Shown here: positions 16,775-25,469 of the stretch, in pieces
How positions within the stretch are numbered: position 1 is the first letter of the stretch
How the letters are laid out: each line of letters starts with the position of its first letter
IMG/VR virus record: IMGVR_UViG_3300033485_000002
Coordinates: 96,001 to 160,000 of that record
Source: a virus
DNA length: 64,000 nt
Direction: 5' to 3' (one strand)
Position numbers and translations under genes: made by a program
Notes under the pieces: generated by a model
Seen by the model: only the letters and a program-made list of their open reading frames with translations
Told to the model about the DNA's origin: nothing
The model's database searches: none

Positions 16775-16863
16775 TTAGGGGTCATGGGGATGCCCGTTAA
16801 CGCAGCTAAGAGACCTTGAACCGGCCCGCCGTCAGGCGGGTCTTATCATGAAAGGATGACATT

Positions 16864-17223
16864 ATGAATGTTTATGTGTTGTTTGCGCAACGGAAAGAAC
16901 GTTTCCCTGGGCAGTACGCCCCGGAAGCCTTGGCAGTGGTGGACGAGTACGTGTTGAACGATGACGGGGTCTCTCTCGAAGAGATTCAGAAGCGCACGCT
17001 CGAACAGGACAACCCGGATGACTTCGTGTCGGTGAAGTGGGTGATGGTGAAGCTGACGGCTACTCCCGCTGATATCCGGGAGATGTTGGTCGGCATGCCG
17101 ACTATCACGGGGGATGTGCCGGTGCCCCCGGAGCACAAAGGGAACCACCCCTCCTATCAGGGGATGACCGTGACTCAGGGGCGCAAGGGCGGAAAGATCG
17201 AAGATTCCGAGATCATTGACTAG
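16864..17223 (+). CDS. Hypothetical phage protein
   Basis: AAGGA SD; VLFAQRKERFPGQYAPEALAVVDEY. Confidence 0.7.
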   Translation: MNVYVLFAQRKERFPGQYAPEALAVVDEYVLNDDGVSLEEIQKRTLEQDNPDDFVSVKWVMVKLTATPADIREMLVGMPTITGDVPVPPEHKGNHPSYQGMTVTQGRKGGKIEDSEIID

Positions 17224-17231
17224 GTATCGCT

Positions 17232-17534
17232 ATGGCACAGTATCGACGATATGGCTATGTGACGACTGTTCGGGTTGAAAGAGATGGGGAATTGGTCGAG
17301 GATGCAAACATTGCATTTGACCTCAATCCGGGCTTAGCGAACGATAAGCTTGATGCCGTCATCAACAACCGAGTGCATGCAGATGCACACAATAAAGTAC
17401 TCGAAAATAACATACTTAAGCCTAATGGCGATCTTCAAGGCCAGGAGATTCGTACCGTCTTAATTCGATGTGCGGATGGTGTGACCCTCCGGTTTTCCAT
17501 CCAGAGATGGTACGTGGTTGTCGGGAGGGAGTAA
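17232..17534 (+). CDS. Hypothetical protein
   Basis: ORF track, operon-like spacing. Confidence 0.6.
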   Translation: MAQYRRYGYVTTVRVERDGELVEDANIAFDLNPGLANDKLDAVINNRVHADAHNKVLENNILKPNGDLQGQEIRTVLIRCADGVTLRFSIQRWYVVVGRE

Positions 17535-17538
17535 CACC

Positions 17539-17934
17539 ATGGGGAGCGGGTACTATGAGAGTGCTTTGCTACGCCTCCGCCGCATCGTGACGTATCTGAA
17601 CGCGAGGTACAATGATGTTTTCGAGGGGCAAGACATCACGCCAACTCAATTCGAAATTCTCCTGTTCGTCGAATCCAATGCGCCATGCAGCGTGTCTGCC
17701 ATAGCGGAGTTCATGCTCGTGGATAAGTCTACCTCGTCGCGAGTTCTCGGGGGCATCCAGGACAAAGGGCTGGTTCAGATAGAGCGGGATACGGTGGACC
17801 GTCGCCGGAATCGAGTGAGTCTGACCCATATGGGGCAGGATGCCGTCACGAGCTTCAAAGCTGCATGGTTCGAGGTGGAAAAGGGCGTCAAGGGCCAGTA
17901 CGATAAGGCAATTGAGCATTTGGAACGTTTCTGA
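17539..17934 (+). CDS. MarR-family winged-helix transcription regulator
   Basis: ITPTQFEILLFV...SVSAIAEFMLVDKSTSSRVL..IQDKGLV....DTVDRRRNRVSLT..G. Confidence 0.9.
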   Translation: MGSGYYESALLRLRRIVTYLNARYNDVFEGQDITPTQFEILLFVESNAPCSVSAIAEFMLVDKSTSSRVLGGIQDKGLVQIERDTVDRRRNRVSLTHMGQDAVTSFKAAWFEVEKGVKGQYDKAIEHLERF

Positions 17935-17950
17935 CCGATAGGAGGCTACT

Positions 17951-18175
17951 GTGTCCGTACCGATTGATGTGGTATTCGAGAAGCAGGTGGATAATCATTG
18001 GCAACCAGTTCGGAGCGCAGAGTTACGGCCAGGGGACATAGCCAGGATGCGGATGCTCAGTGGCGAGGTTCTACGGGATGACGCAGGGCGGGAGACGTTT
18101 CAAGTAGCCGGGGTGAATGGTCGGGATCCAGATTCTAAGTCACAATTCGATGTCAGTCTCGAACCAATGGTATAG
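17951..18175 (+). CDS. Hypothetical protein
   Basis: AGGAGG SD, GTG start. Confidence 0.6.
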   Translation: MSVPIDVVFEKQVDNHWQPVRSAELRPGDIARMRMLSGEVLRDDAGRETFQVAGVNGRDPDSKSQFDVSLEPMV

Positions 18176-18183
18176 GGGGCACA

Positions 18184-18438
18184 ATGGTAGTTGATCCAAT
18201 AGAGCGTATCCGGGAGCTGTATGGGGACGAAATAGCTGAACGGATGCAGGTGTTCGCTGAGCGTGCTGAAAAAGAGAAGGCTGTAAAAGGTGCCTCGTTC
18301 TCGATTGACCCTCGCCCCATCTTTGTAATCATGACAACAACGGCTCTTTTGTGGGGTAAAGATCCTCGGCAAATACTTACCGCTGAAGTGTACGGTAAGG
18401 TGATGGACCTCATGAATATGTTCTTCAAAGATAAGTAA
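18184..18438 (+). CDS. Hypothetical protein
   Basis: ORF track, followed by terminator. Confidence 0.6.
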   Translation: MVVDPIERIRELYGDEIAERMQVFAERAEKEKAVKGASFSIDPRPIFVIMTTTALLWGKDPRQILTAEVYGKVMDLMNMFFKDK

Positions 18439-18460
18439 CCACTCCCAAGATGGGATTTAG

Positions 18461-18492
18461 GGCCGAGTCTTTTGACTCGGCTTCTTTATTTT
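18461..18492 (+). terminator. Rho-independent terminator overlapping a CTTTATT motif
   Basis: GCCGAGTC-tttt-GACTCGGC then TTCTTTATTTT. Confidence 0.7.
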
Positions 18493-18512
18493 GCGATGGG
18501 AGGCGGCTTTAG

Positions 18513-19961
18513 ATGTCTCTGACCAAAGATGAGCTGCTTGCTTATGTTAGGAATCGTCAGCGGCCAGGGCATCGAGCCGCCGTGTTGAAGAAATATCAGT
18601 CAATGGCACTTTCACCTGCGATGTTGGAACGGGGGAAGAAAGCTAAAGAAGTGGCTGATAAACTTCGTGATAACGTTTTAGTCCGTGCTGCTGTGAAGAA
18701 AACATTTGAAACTGGAGAAGAAGATATGCCCATGAATAGGCTAGATGAGCTACATTTCGATTTAACTAAAACGCGCCAAAGAGAACGGTTAGTTCGTGGC
18801 TCAAGTGATGCTCAAGATGCCTATAAGCGGCGTTATAAGGTAGCCCGAGTCGGACAGGCTGCAACACGACTTGCTGCTCATACGGGAGTAGGATTAGCGG
18901 TTGGGGGTACTGTTGGTGGCCCAATTGGGGCAACTATTGGCGGCGGGCTTGGGTTAGCGTCGGGACTTCATTCAATTAAGTACCCGAGTATGCATCTGAT
19001 GAAACTGCGGCATAAGTATGCGTTGAAGAAGGGGCTTCGGGATGTGAAAAAGAGTGAGAGGCTCCAGCGATGGGGTGAGCGTCGAATGGAAAAGTTTCGG
19101 CGGCAGGGAGAGCGGCAGCAGGCTATTCAGAATTATAAGCGAGAATTTCGTGAGGGGTTGTATGAAGCTCCGATTGTGACTGGACCTGCTGCTGCGGCAA
19201 TTTCTGCTCTTGAGCGGAGTGTTGCTAAGAAAGGCGCTGCCTCGGCTGTTCAGAAAGTTGGTAGACTTGCTGCGGCTAAGAATAAGTTTTTAGCCTCGAA
19301 GTTTGGGCAGTCAAAGTACGTACAGTCGAGTCTTCCGCGTCTTAAGAAGACAGGTGAGTTTTTCGGTGATGTTCGGCATATGCCTAAAACCGCTCGGGAT
19401 CTTGTGTTTGCCCCGAAAGGACCGAAGGGGTTTCGTAGTGGTCTTGCAAAGCGGTTAGGAAGACAGGCGCTGGCCGGTGAGGTGATGCTGACTGGTGGAG
19501 TTATGGCCCATCATAAGATTAAAAAGATGGCCGATCAACATTACGCTCATAAGGCGTATCAGCAGCAAGCAGAGTCTGATGAGTTGTTTAACGCAATTGT
19601 GCCAGGGTTAGATCTGCAAGAATTAGCTATGCGCCGAGACTTGATCAATGAGGCTTGGGGTGCAGCTATCGGTGGTGCTGTTAAGTCTGCTGGTAGTTGG
19701 CTTGGTAGGTCAACGGGTGTGTTTACTGGTGCTGCAAATGTTGTAAGATCAGGTGGTATTAAGGACGTTATGAGAGCACGTGGTATGGCAAAAATTAACC
19801 ACCCGATAGCTGGCCGAGTAAGACAAATTGGTTTAAATAAGATGGCTCCTGGTTTGGCACAGATTAAAGGTGGTTTGGCTCCTGCGGCTACGATAGCTGG
19901 AGCTGCGGGGGCTTATAAACTTGGTCAGCGATCTGGTCGTCGATCGCAGCAAAACTACTGA
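18513..19961 (+). CDS. Modular basic glycine-zipper protein; putative internal head polyprotein
   Basis: GGAGG SD; GVGLAVGGTVGGPIGATIGGGLG; L/I-x-E junctions (NRLDE, GLYE, DLINE). Confidence 0.72.
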   Translation: MSLTKDELLAYVRNRQRPGHRAAVLKKYQSMALSPAMLERGKKAKEVADKLRDNVLVRAAVKKTFETGEEDMPMNRLDELHFDLTKTRQRERLVRGSSDAQDAYKRRYKVARVGQAATRLAAHTGVGLAVGGTVGGPIGATIGGGLGLASGLHSIKYPSMHLMKLRHKYALKKGLRDVKKSERLQRWGERRMEKFRRQGERQQAIQNYKREFREGLYEAPIVTGPAAAAISALERSVAKKGAASAVQKVGRLAAAKNKFLASKFGQSKYVQSSLPRLKKTGEFFGDVRHMPKTARDLVFAPKGPKGFRSGLAKRLGRQALAGEVMLTGGVMAHHKIKKMADQHYAHKAYQQQAESDELFNAIVPGLDLQELAMRRDLINEAWGAAIGGAVKSAGSWLGRSTGVFTGAANVVRSGGIKDVMRARGMAKINHPIAGRVRQIGLNKMAPGLAQIKGGLAPAATIAGAAGAYKLGQRSGRRSQQNY

Positions 19962-19990
19962 AACTAAAGAGATAAGGAGTGAGGTGAACT

Positions 19991-20401
19991 ATGACTCATG
20001 AGGAAATGCGGCAGGAACTGATCGAGGCGATTATTGACGAGGCCCTCAAGGACAAGGCCAAGGCAGCGGCTGGTTGGGTTGGCAGTAAGGCTAAGGCTGG
20101 CGCAAAGGGTGTTGGCCGTGGGGCTAAGTGGGTTAGTCGTAAGACTGGCGCAACTGCTGCCGGTAAGTGGCTTGGTAGCTCCAAGGAAGCGTGGAAGGGA
20201 GCAAAGGGCCTGCGGCGAGCGCGTAAGATGGCGAAGCTTGGTCACCCGGTAGCAGGGGAAGTCCGAGCGGCTGCGATTAAGGCGCTGCGGAAGGGTGCTC
20301 CTCCTGCGGCTGTAGCATCGATGCTTGGTGCCGGTGCTGTTGCTGGTGGGTATGCTGGTGGCAAGAGCCTGCTCCGTCGTCGGCGCGAGGGTAAGTCCTA
20401 G
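19991..20401 (+). CDS. Small basic Ala/Gly/Lys-rich protein with acidic N-terminal leader
   Basis: MTHEEMRQELIEAIIDE then basic body similar to C-terminal module of 18513 gene (HP[IV]AG.VR). Confidence 0.72.
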   Translation: MTHEEMRQELIEAIIDEALKDKAKAAAGWVGSKAKAGAKGVGRGAKWVSRKTGATAAGKWLGSSKEAWKGAKGLRRARKMAKLGHPVAGEVRAAAIKALRKGAPPAAVASMLGAGAVAGGYAGGKSLLRRRREGKS

Positions 20402-20405
20402 TCAC

Positions 20406-21116
20406 ATGGCTTTCTCGTCTTCCACTACCCCAGAGGCGACGTGGAAGCGCATGAAGCGTCACATCGCCAAAAGTGCTCGTCGTCTCGGTAAACGGGGCGA
20501 CGAGTACCGGCGTTATGTCTACGGCGCGTTGAGAGCCAGGGGTTGGAAGCCGAAGCGGGAACGAGTGCATGAGAATGAGCATGCTCGGGTACGTCAAGAT
20601 ATTGACACCGATTATGCTCATCATGCATTGAGGGGTAGCCGGAATCGGGACTTCAAGCACATTGAAAATAGGCGGCGAGGTGTGGTGAAGTTCTCGGTAG
20701 CTACAGAGGGACTTTTAGCTCGGGCTGACCATTGGTTGAACGAAGTGTACGGTGTAGATATTGTTCCTACTTTCCCTCCTGAACCATTAGCGGGGAAGCT
20801 TGCTAAAAACCTTACAAAAAAAGTGCATAAAGAGTTACAGCGTGAAGCTTTTTCTCCTACGCGAAATGTAAAGCGAGCTTTGAGATATCGCCGTAAGGCC
20901 CTGAAAATTAGAAAAACAAATGCCCCTAGAGCAGAAACAATGTTACGTCGAGCGAACGCGGTGTTAAAAAACCGGGTGCCAACATTGGCTGTTACAGGAG
21001 CTGGTTGGGTAGCGGGGCCAGGGTTTGGCACAGGGGAAGTTATGGCCGCGAGTGCTGCAAAAGGAATGAATCGCTACACACGAATGAGACGTGCTCGTTT
21101 TATGAGACGTAAGTAG
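20406..21116 (+). CDS. Modular basic protein with TEGLLARADHWLNE linker
   Basis: GAGG SD, ATG 20406; linker homologous to those in 10077 gene. Confidence 0.7.
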   Translation: MAFSSSTTPEATWKRMKRHIAKSARRLGKRGDEYRRYVYGALRARGWKPKRERVHENEHARVRQDIDTDYAHHALRGSRNRDFKHIENRRRGVVKFSVATEGLLARADHWLNEVYGVDIVPTFPPEPLAGKLAKNLTKKVHKELQREAFSPTRNVKRALRYRRKALKIRKTNAPRAETMLRRANAVLKNRVPTLAVTGAGWVAGPGFGTGEVMAASAAKGMNRYTRMRRARFMRRK

Positions 21117-21125
21117 GAGGGTATA

Positions 21126-21788
21126 ATGCCCGAGCTGAGTTTACCTGCGCCGAGTCTTGTTGTTGGGCGAGATCACTACATGAGCCGTGCGAAAGCATGG
21201 ACTAGCATTCTGAGCGCTCAGTTGACGGTAACGGTTCAAGCCGCAACGCTGCGTTCCTTACTAGAGAGCGTTACGGTTAGCCTTACCGATCAGGCGACTG
21301 GGTGCTACCCGGTTCCGAATAGCTCGGTTAAGAGCTTTTCGGGGACTATCGTTCTGCCAAAGGCGTATACTCAGATTCTTGATGATACCTCTGTGACGTT
21401 CACAGCGACAGTGGGTACAAACCCGGTATCAATCACGGATGACGGGGATGGTGCCCTTACTGGGACGAATGTGACCGGTACGATTGACTATGCGACCGGT
21501 GCGTGGACGTTGGTGTGGTCAACTGGGGCACCGGATACTGGTTCAACCATTACGGTGGACTACACCTACTACTATGTGTTTGGGGCAGAGGATATCCAAG
21601 GAGTTTGGTTATACCCGGCTGGTGACCTTCGAGCCACGTTTGACGGGGTGACGGCACCGACTGCGGGCACAGGTATTGTGCTCAAGGGTGAAGAGGGGCT
21701 TTTCCTGGCGGCACAGCCCGGTCTTATCGGGCAGATGCAGCTTATCGCTGGGGGTAGTGTTCTCCTTGACGTGGAAGTGCTGATGTAA
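21126..21788 (+). CDS. Virion structural beta-protein (ITDDGxGxL...GTIDYATG motif)
   Basis: AGGAGG SD; motif recurrent in tail sheath/baseplate-associated proteins. Confidence 0.65.
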   Translation: MPELSLPAPSLVVGRDHYMSRAKAWTSILSAQLTVTVQAATLRSLLESVTVSLTDQATGCYPVPNSSVKSFSGTIVLPKAYTQILDDTSVTFTATVGTNPVSITDDGDGALTGTNVTGTIDYATGAWTLVWSTGAPDTGSTITVDYTYYYVFGAEDIQGVWLYPAGDLRATFDGVTAPTAGTGIVLKGEEGLFLAAQPGLIGQMQLIAGGSVLLDVEVLM

Positions 21789-23476
21789 TGTGGAGACAGG
21801 ACGAGCTTTATCTGCCTCCTTATCCTGGCGCGGGTGAAACCGGTTTAGCTCCGGCATTCCGACAAGCTGGTTTCTTTGGTGGGGAAGATCTCCCATACGA
21901 GGAAGCGTCGTGGAGTCCGACTACCGTGACTCGCCTCGTGGATGGGAATACCGCAAGTGGGTATATCTGGGATCCAAACTCAAGGCATCAGGGCGGGTAT
22001 CTTGCTCCGAGGATGTGGCGTACGTTCCAATGGTGGATGTTTGTACGCACCAATTGGAACTCTACTCCTGGTTTGCGTTACGTTTATGAACCTTCTAGCA
22101 CAAGTGGAGCGCTGTACATTCAGTACAACGCGAATACTGGAACTGGTGCTGGGACATGGCGCATTGGACGTGTTATTACCATTGCGAGCGGATATGTCGA
22201 GTTCACCCATCTTATTACCCGAGGTGAATGGCACCATATTACCGTTGTTTACGATGATAGCGAGCTTCGCTTCTACGTCGATGGCGAATTGGAGTATACC
22301 AACACGTCACGTCGATGGTTTGCGGAGAACCACGAAGGTAATACGACGCTCGGTAATCAGACGACGGTAGCGGTCCAGGGGCATTCTGCCGGTGGTATCC
22401 AACCTGCGTTTACGCATGGGGGAGTGTTCAGAGCCTTTAGCCAAGCCATGGAAGATGCTGAAGTTGCCTCTACTTGGAACAAGGTTTTGTGGCCCGGTTA
22501 TCCTGGGATGACGTATCAGATTGTCGGTCTCGACAATATTGATAGTAGAAACTCAACTTATCAGGATAACTATTGCTGGAATTCGCGCTACGAAGCAGTA
22601 GCTGTCAGTGAGGCGTTGTTCAACCAGACTCCGCCAGTGGCGTTTCCTGAGATATTACATCAGACCGTGTCTAACGTTTCGATTCCTGAAACAGTCCATA
22701 ATATCAATATCAACACATGGACGACTGGGAATGTCAGTGCATGGCCCGAGAATACGCTGAAGACATTTCCTGGTGTTACAACTGATGCGGTTTTTGGCGC
22801 TGTCGTAGACCCAGGTGGGGGTAACCCGAAGTATATGTCGGTTAAACCGGTGGCATCTGGGTTTAAAGCGATGTATTGCTATATTGACCCAGCCGGTGTT
22901 GAGGAGTGGAATACCCAACATGTTGCCAAGGGCGGGTTGTCCATTATTGTTCTTACAAAGGACTTCTACCAGAGTAACAACAGACTTTACTTGTCTTTCG
23001 GTAAGCGACCTGGGTATGTAGACTTCGGTCATTTTGCTTGGAAAATGTCTGATACCTACACTCTTTACGGACTGGATGCCACTGGTTCCCCGGCAGACTC
23101 ATTGGCGACTGCTACTCCAGGTACCGGGGTTACGCGAAATTGGTACTTCCATGAGTTACAGTGGGTTCCAAGTGTACGAAGAAGGGATGGCTGTAGCACA
23201 GGAACGCTGCGTGCCCGTTGGTGGGCAGAGGCAACCGGTATTGATAATCCTCCTGGTTCATGGAATCTGAGTGTCGATGTTTCGGCTAACTCTACGCATA
23301 AAAGGTATCTCGTCGGTGGTGTTGGCAAAGAGTTCTTGAACGCTAATTATCTGGAATATTCAGGATACGAACAAGTGATTCAGCCAAACTTCTTGTTGGA
23401 TTTCCAGTTGAATAATGGCGAGACCGGGTACATTAAGTATATTCGGGTCAAAGAGCTTGCGTACACTGCTTCGTAA
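21788..23476 (+). CDS. LamG/concanavalin-A-like domain protein (virion adhesin)
   Basis: GEWHHITVVYDDSELRFYVDG. Confidence 0.8.
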   Translation: MWRQDELYLPPYPGAGETGLAPAFRQAGFFGGEDLPYEEASWSPTTVTRLVDGNTASGYIWDPNSRHQGGYLAPRMWRTFQWWMFVRTNWNSTPGLRYVYEPSSTSGALYIQYNANTGTGAGTWRIGRVITIASGYVEFTHLITRGEWHHITVVYDDSELRFYVDGELEYTNTSRRWFAENHEGNTTLGNQTTVAVQGHSAGGIQPAFTHGGVFRAFSQAMEDAEVASTWNKVLWPGYPGMTYQIVGLDNIDSRNSTYQDNYCWNSRYEAVAVSEALFNQTPPVAFPEILHQTVSNVSIPETVHNININTWTTGNVSAWPENTLKTFPGVTTDAVFGAVVDPGGGNPKYMSVKPVASGFKAMYCYIDPAGVEEWNTQHVAKGGLSIIVLTKDFYQSNNRLYLSFGKRPGYVDFGHFAWKMSDTYTLYGLDATGSPADSLATATPGTGVTRNWYFHELQWVPSVRRRDGCSTGTLRARWWAEATGIDNPPGSWNLSVDVSANSTHKRYLVGGVGKEFLNANYLEYSGYEQVIQPNFLLDFQLNNGETGYIKYIRVKELAYTAS

Positions 23477-23479
23477 CCC

Positions 23480-23508
23480 TTGACAAATTCAAAGTCAGTC
23501 TATATATT
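23480..23508 (+). promoter_or_regulatory. Sigma70-type promoter
   Basis: TTGACA-17 bp-TATATT. Confidence 0.6.
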
Positions 23509-23593
23509 GTTTTTATGCGACTCGTTCTAGATGACGTGCAAGTTCACGTTACGGTCATTGACAAAAGTACTGTTATCACGTATCCTTTCTCTG

Positions 23594-24214
23594 ATGAGTA
23601 CACGTCTTTTTTGTCGCTTCCTCATCCTCGTAATTTTGCTCGTAACCTCTCCCGTGTTCGGGCAGTTCTGGGAGGTCACGCCGACACCAACGACACCCAT
23701 ATGGTGGCAGACCCCTACTGCTACCAAAACCCCCACCCCACGGCTCACCAATACTCCCACCCGTCCGCCTTCCACAACTCCCCCGACTCGGACACCAACG
23801 AGAACGCCAACGAGAACGCCAACGAGAACACCTACAAGAACGTCAATAATGACGCCCACAATAACTCCGACACCAACAATAACTCCGACACCAACCCCGT
23901 ATCCATGCAACTCCGAAGTAACTTTCAATGCTGCACCCGAAGGTACCGTACACGTCATGGAGTGGTACAAAGCAACCGGGAGCGCACCGTATCCTACTGC
24001 CCCTAGTGGATACGGTTTTGCGTTCCCGGTTGTCCTAGATCGACATCGGGTACGGGTTCAATATATTGGACGTTACCAACATGAAATAGCCCCCGGAGTC
24101 CTGTACACAGATGAACAGGACTTCGTGCTTTTCACAAAATGCCCAGTAGGCTTTATTTTTGGAGATGGTTTCGAGTCTGGTACAACGTCTGCGTGGTCTA
24201 CGACTAACCCGTAA
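23594..24214 (+). CDS. Secreted protein: signal peptide, Pro/Thr linker, C-terminal IFGDGFESGTTSAWS motif
   Basis: MSTRLFCRFLILVILLVTSPVFG; (TPTR)n; terminal motif. Confidence 0.75.
   Translation: MSTRLFCRFLILVILLVTSPVFGQFWEVTPTPTTPIWWQTPTATKTPTPRLTNTPTRPPSTTPPTRTPTRTPTRTPTRTPTRTSIMTPTITPTPTITPTPTPYPCNSEVTFNAAPEGTVHVMEWYKATGSAPYPTAPSGYGFAFPVVLDRHRVRVQYIGRYQHEIAPGVLYTDEQDFVLFTKCPVGFIFGDGFESGTTSAWSTTNP
23683..23900 (+). repeat. Low-complexity 12-bp coding repeats (CCAACGAGAACG-like) of the PT linker
   Basis: Tandem ccaacgagaacg and acaataactccgacacca units. Confidence 0.8.
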
Positions 24215-24232
24215 CCCAAGGAGGATGGCACT

Positions 24233-24862
24233 ATGGTAAATCTGGAAAGGGAAATCGCTTTAATGCAAGTTGGTGCGACGTTCCTGGAGATGCTTCAGGA
24301 GCGGCTGGATGGCCGTACTTCAATCGGTGCCTCGACGTGGTTCGAGGATATGGCCTGGGGTATCCGGCTGTTCGTGGAGCAGAAGCTCCCCTTCTTTGGT
24401 GGCGGGAATGCGGCAAGCTGGCTGACTGTGGCGGAGCAGTTCGAGCTGCGTGCCGAGTTCTACAAGACCAAGATGAACTTGCTTGTTCCGGTGGAGGAAG
24501 ATGACGAGGCGTCTGCGATTATCGTAGCCCTCAATAACATCGAGCGTTTCAAGCGTCTTGTCGAGTTCATGATCGGCCTGACTCAGACGGAGGCGTCTGA
24601 CCTCAGTGGTCTGTTGCCGTCTGGGGAGAAGGGGATCACTGTGGGCGAGGCGGTGAAGCTTTCGCGGCAGTTCACGGCGAAGTTCTGGAACTACTCGTAT
24701 AACATGAGCAGCAAGAACCCCAATAAGCCGTGGCTGAAGGCGGTGGTGGACGATCTGATGACCGCGCAACAGACGCTTGGTGAGCCGATGCATGCTGGTG
24801 ATCTGGGTGGGCCTGGGACGGGTGGTACTGGTCCGTTCCCCTGGTCGATGCCAGGGCAGTAG
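24233..24862 (+). CDS. Hypothetical protein
   Basis: AGGAGG SD, followed by terminator. Confidence 0.75.
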   Translation: MVNLEREIALMQVGATFLEMLQERLDGRTSIGASTWFEDMAWGIRLFVEQKLPFFGGGNAASWLTVAEQFELRAEFYKTKMNLLVPVEEDDEASAIIVALNNIERFKRLVEFMIGLTQTEASDLSGLLPSGEKGITVGEAVKLSRQFTAKFWNYSYNMSSKNPNKPWLKAVVDDLMTAQQTLGEPMHAGDLGGPGTGGTGPFPWSMPGQ

Positions 24863-24902
24863 GGTTGGATAGAAGCCCCTTCCATGGGGATTTTGTCGGG
24901 CG

Positions 24903-24931
24903 GGGGCGGGGAGAAATCCCGCCCCTTTTTT
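24903..24931 (+). terminator. Rho-independent terminator
   Basis: GGGGCGGG-gagaaat-CCCGCCCC TTTTTT. Confidence 0.8.
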
Positions 24932-24960
24932 GATATACTAGTGAAGACGGGGGCACTGTC

Positions 24961-25206
24961 ATGGAAATCACCCCACAAGTAGCCATCGAACAGTATACGG
25001 ACGCGCTGAAACGTACCGGGGAAAACCCTGATGGGTACCAGTTTCGGTGTGAGTATGGACGGGTTTGTATTGGTGTCCCTAGCCCGCAACTTCCAGGTGG
25101 AGTGCAGTGGGGGATGGACTGGCATACGCCCGAGACTTTGGCTAAAATGGCCAAGATGCGGGTGCTTTTGCACAACTCCCCGGAGTTTGACATCAGAACA
25201 CGGTGA
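24961..25206 (+). CDS. Hypothetical protein
   Basis: ORF track. Confidence 0.55.
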   Translation: MEITPQVAIEQYTDALKRTGENPDGYQFRCEYGRVCIGVPSPQLPGGVQWGMDWHTPETLAKMAKMRVLLHNSPEFDIRTR

Positions 25207-25235
25207 TGTTATCTTTAGTTTCGAAAGGAGGAGAT

Positions 25236-25469
25236 GTGAACACGCGACAGCCGACATCCAAGTTAGAGAAGTTTTATGAGGGGCTGAGGATCATCAAGCA
25301 GCACCAGCCTGCTGCTTCCTTGGCTGCTGCGGAGGGTAAACTCTTCGTAGGGAACACGGAAGACGTGCATATTTCTCCGGGAGCGCGTGAGTATCTCAAG
25401 GGGCTGGGGTTTACTGAGGATAAAGATCGGATGATGTTCGTGTTTTCCACACAGAAAAATGAGCGATAA
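25236..25469 (+). CDS. Hypothetical phage protein
   Basis: AAGGAGG SD, GTG 25236. Confidence 0.6.
   Translation: MNTRQPTSKLEKFYEGLRIIKQHQPAASLAAAEGKLFVGNTEDVHISPGAREYLKGLGFTEDKDRMMFVFSTQKNER

Noticed and set aside
16777-16845. Fluoride riboswitch or HDV-like (theta) ribozyme
   Set aside because: Superficial GCTAA/GATG similarity only; the required pseudoknot pairings could not be built, so it is kept as an unassigned structured leader
23515-24006. Alternative-frame ORFs (NENA repeats on +, VGVL repeats on -) and a possible repeat array
   Set aside because: Shadows of the Pro/Thr linker; the 23594 frame has a signal peptide and a meaningful C-terminal motif
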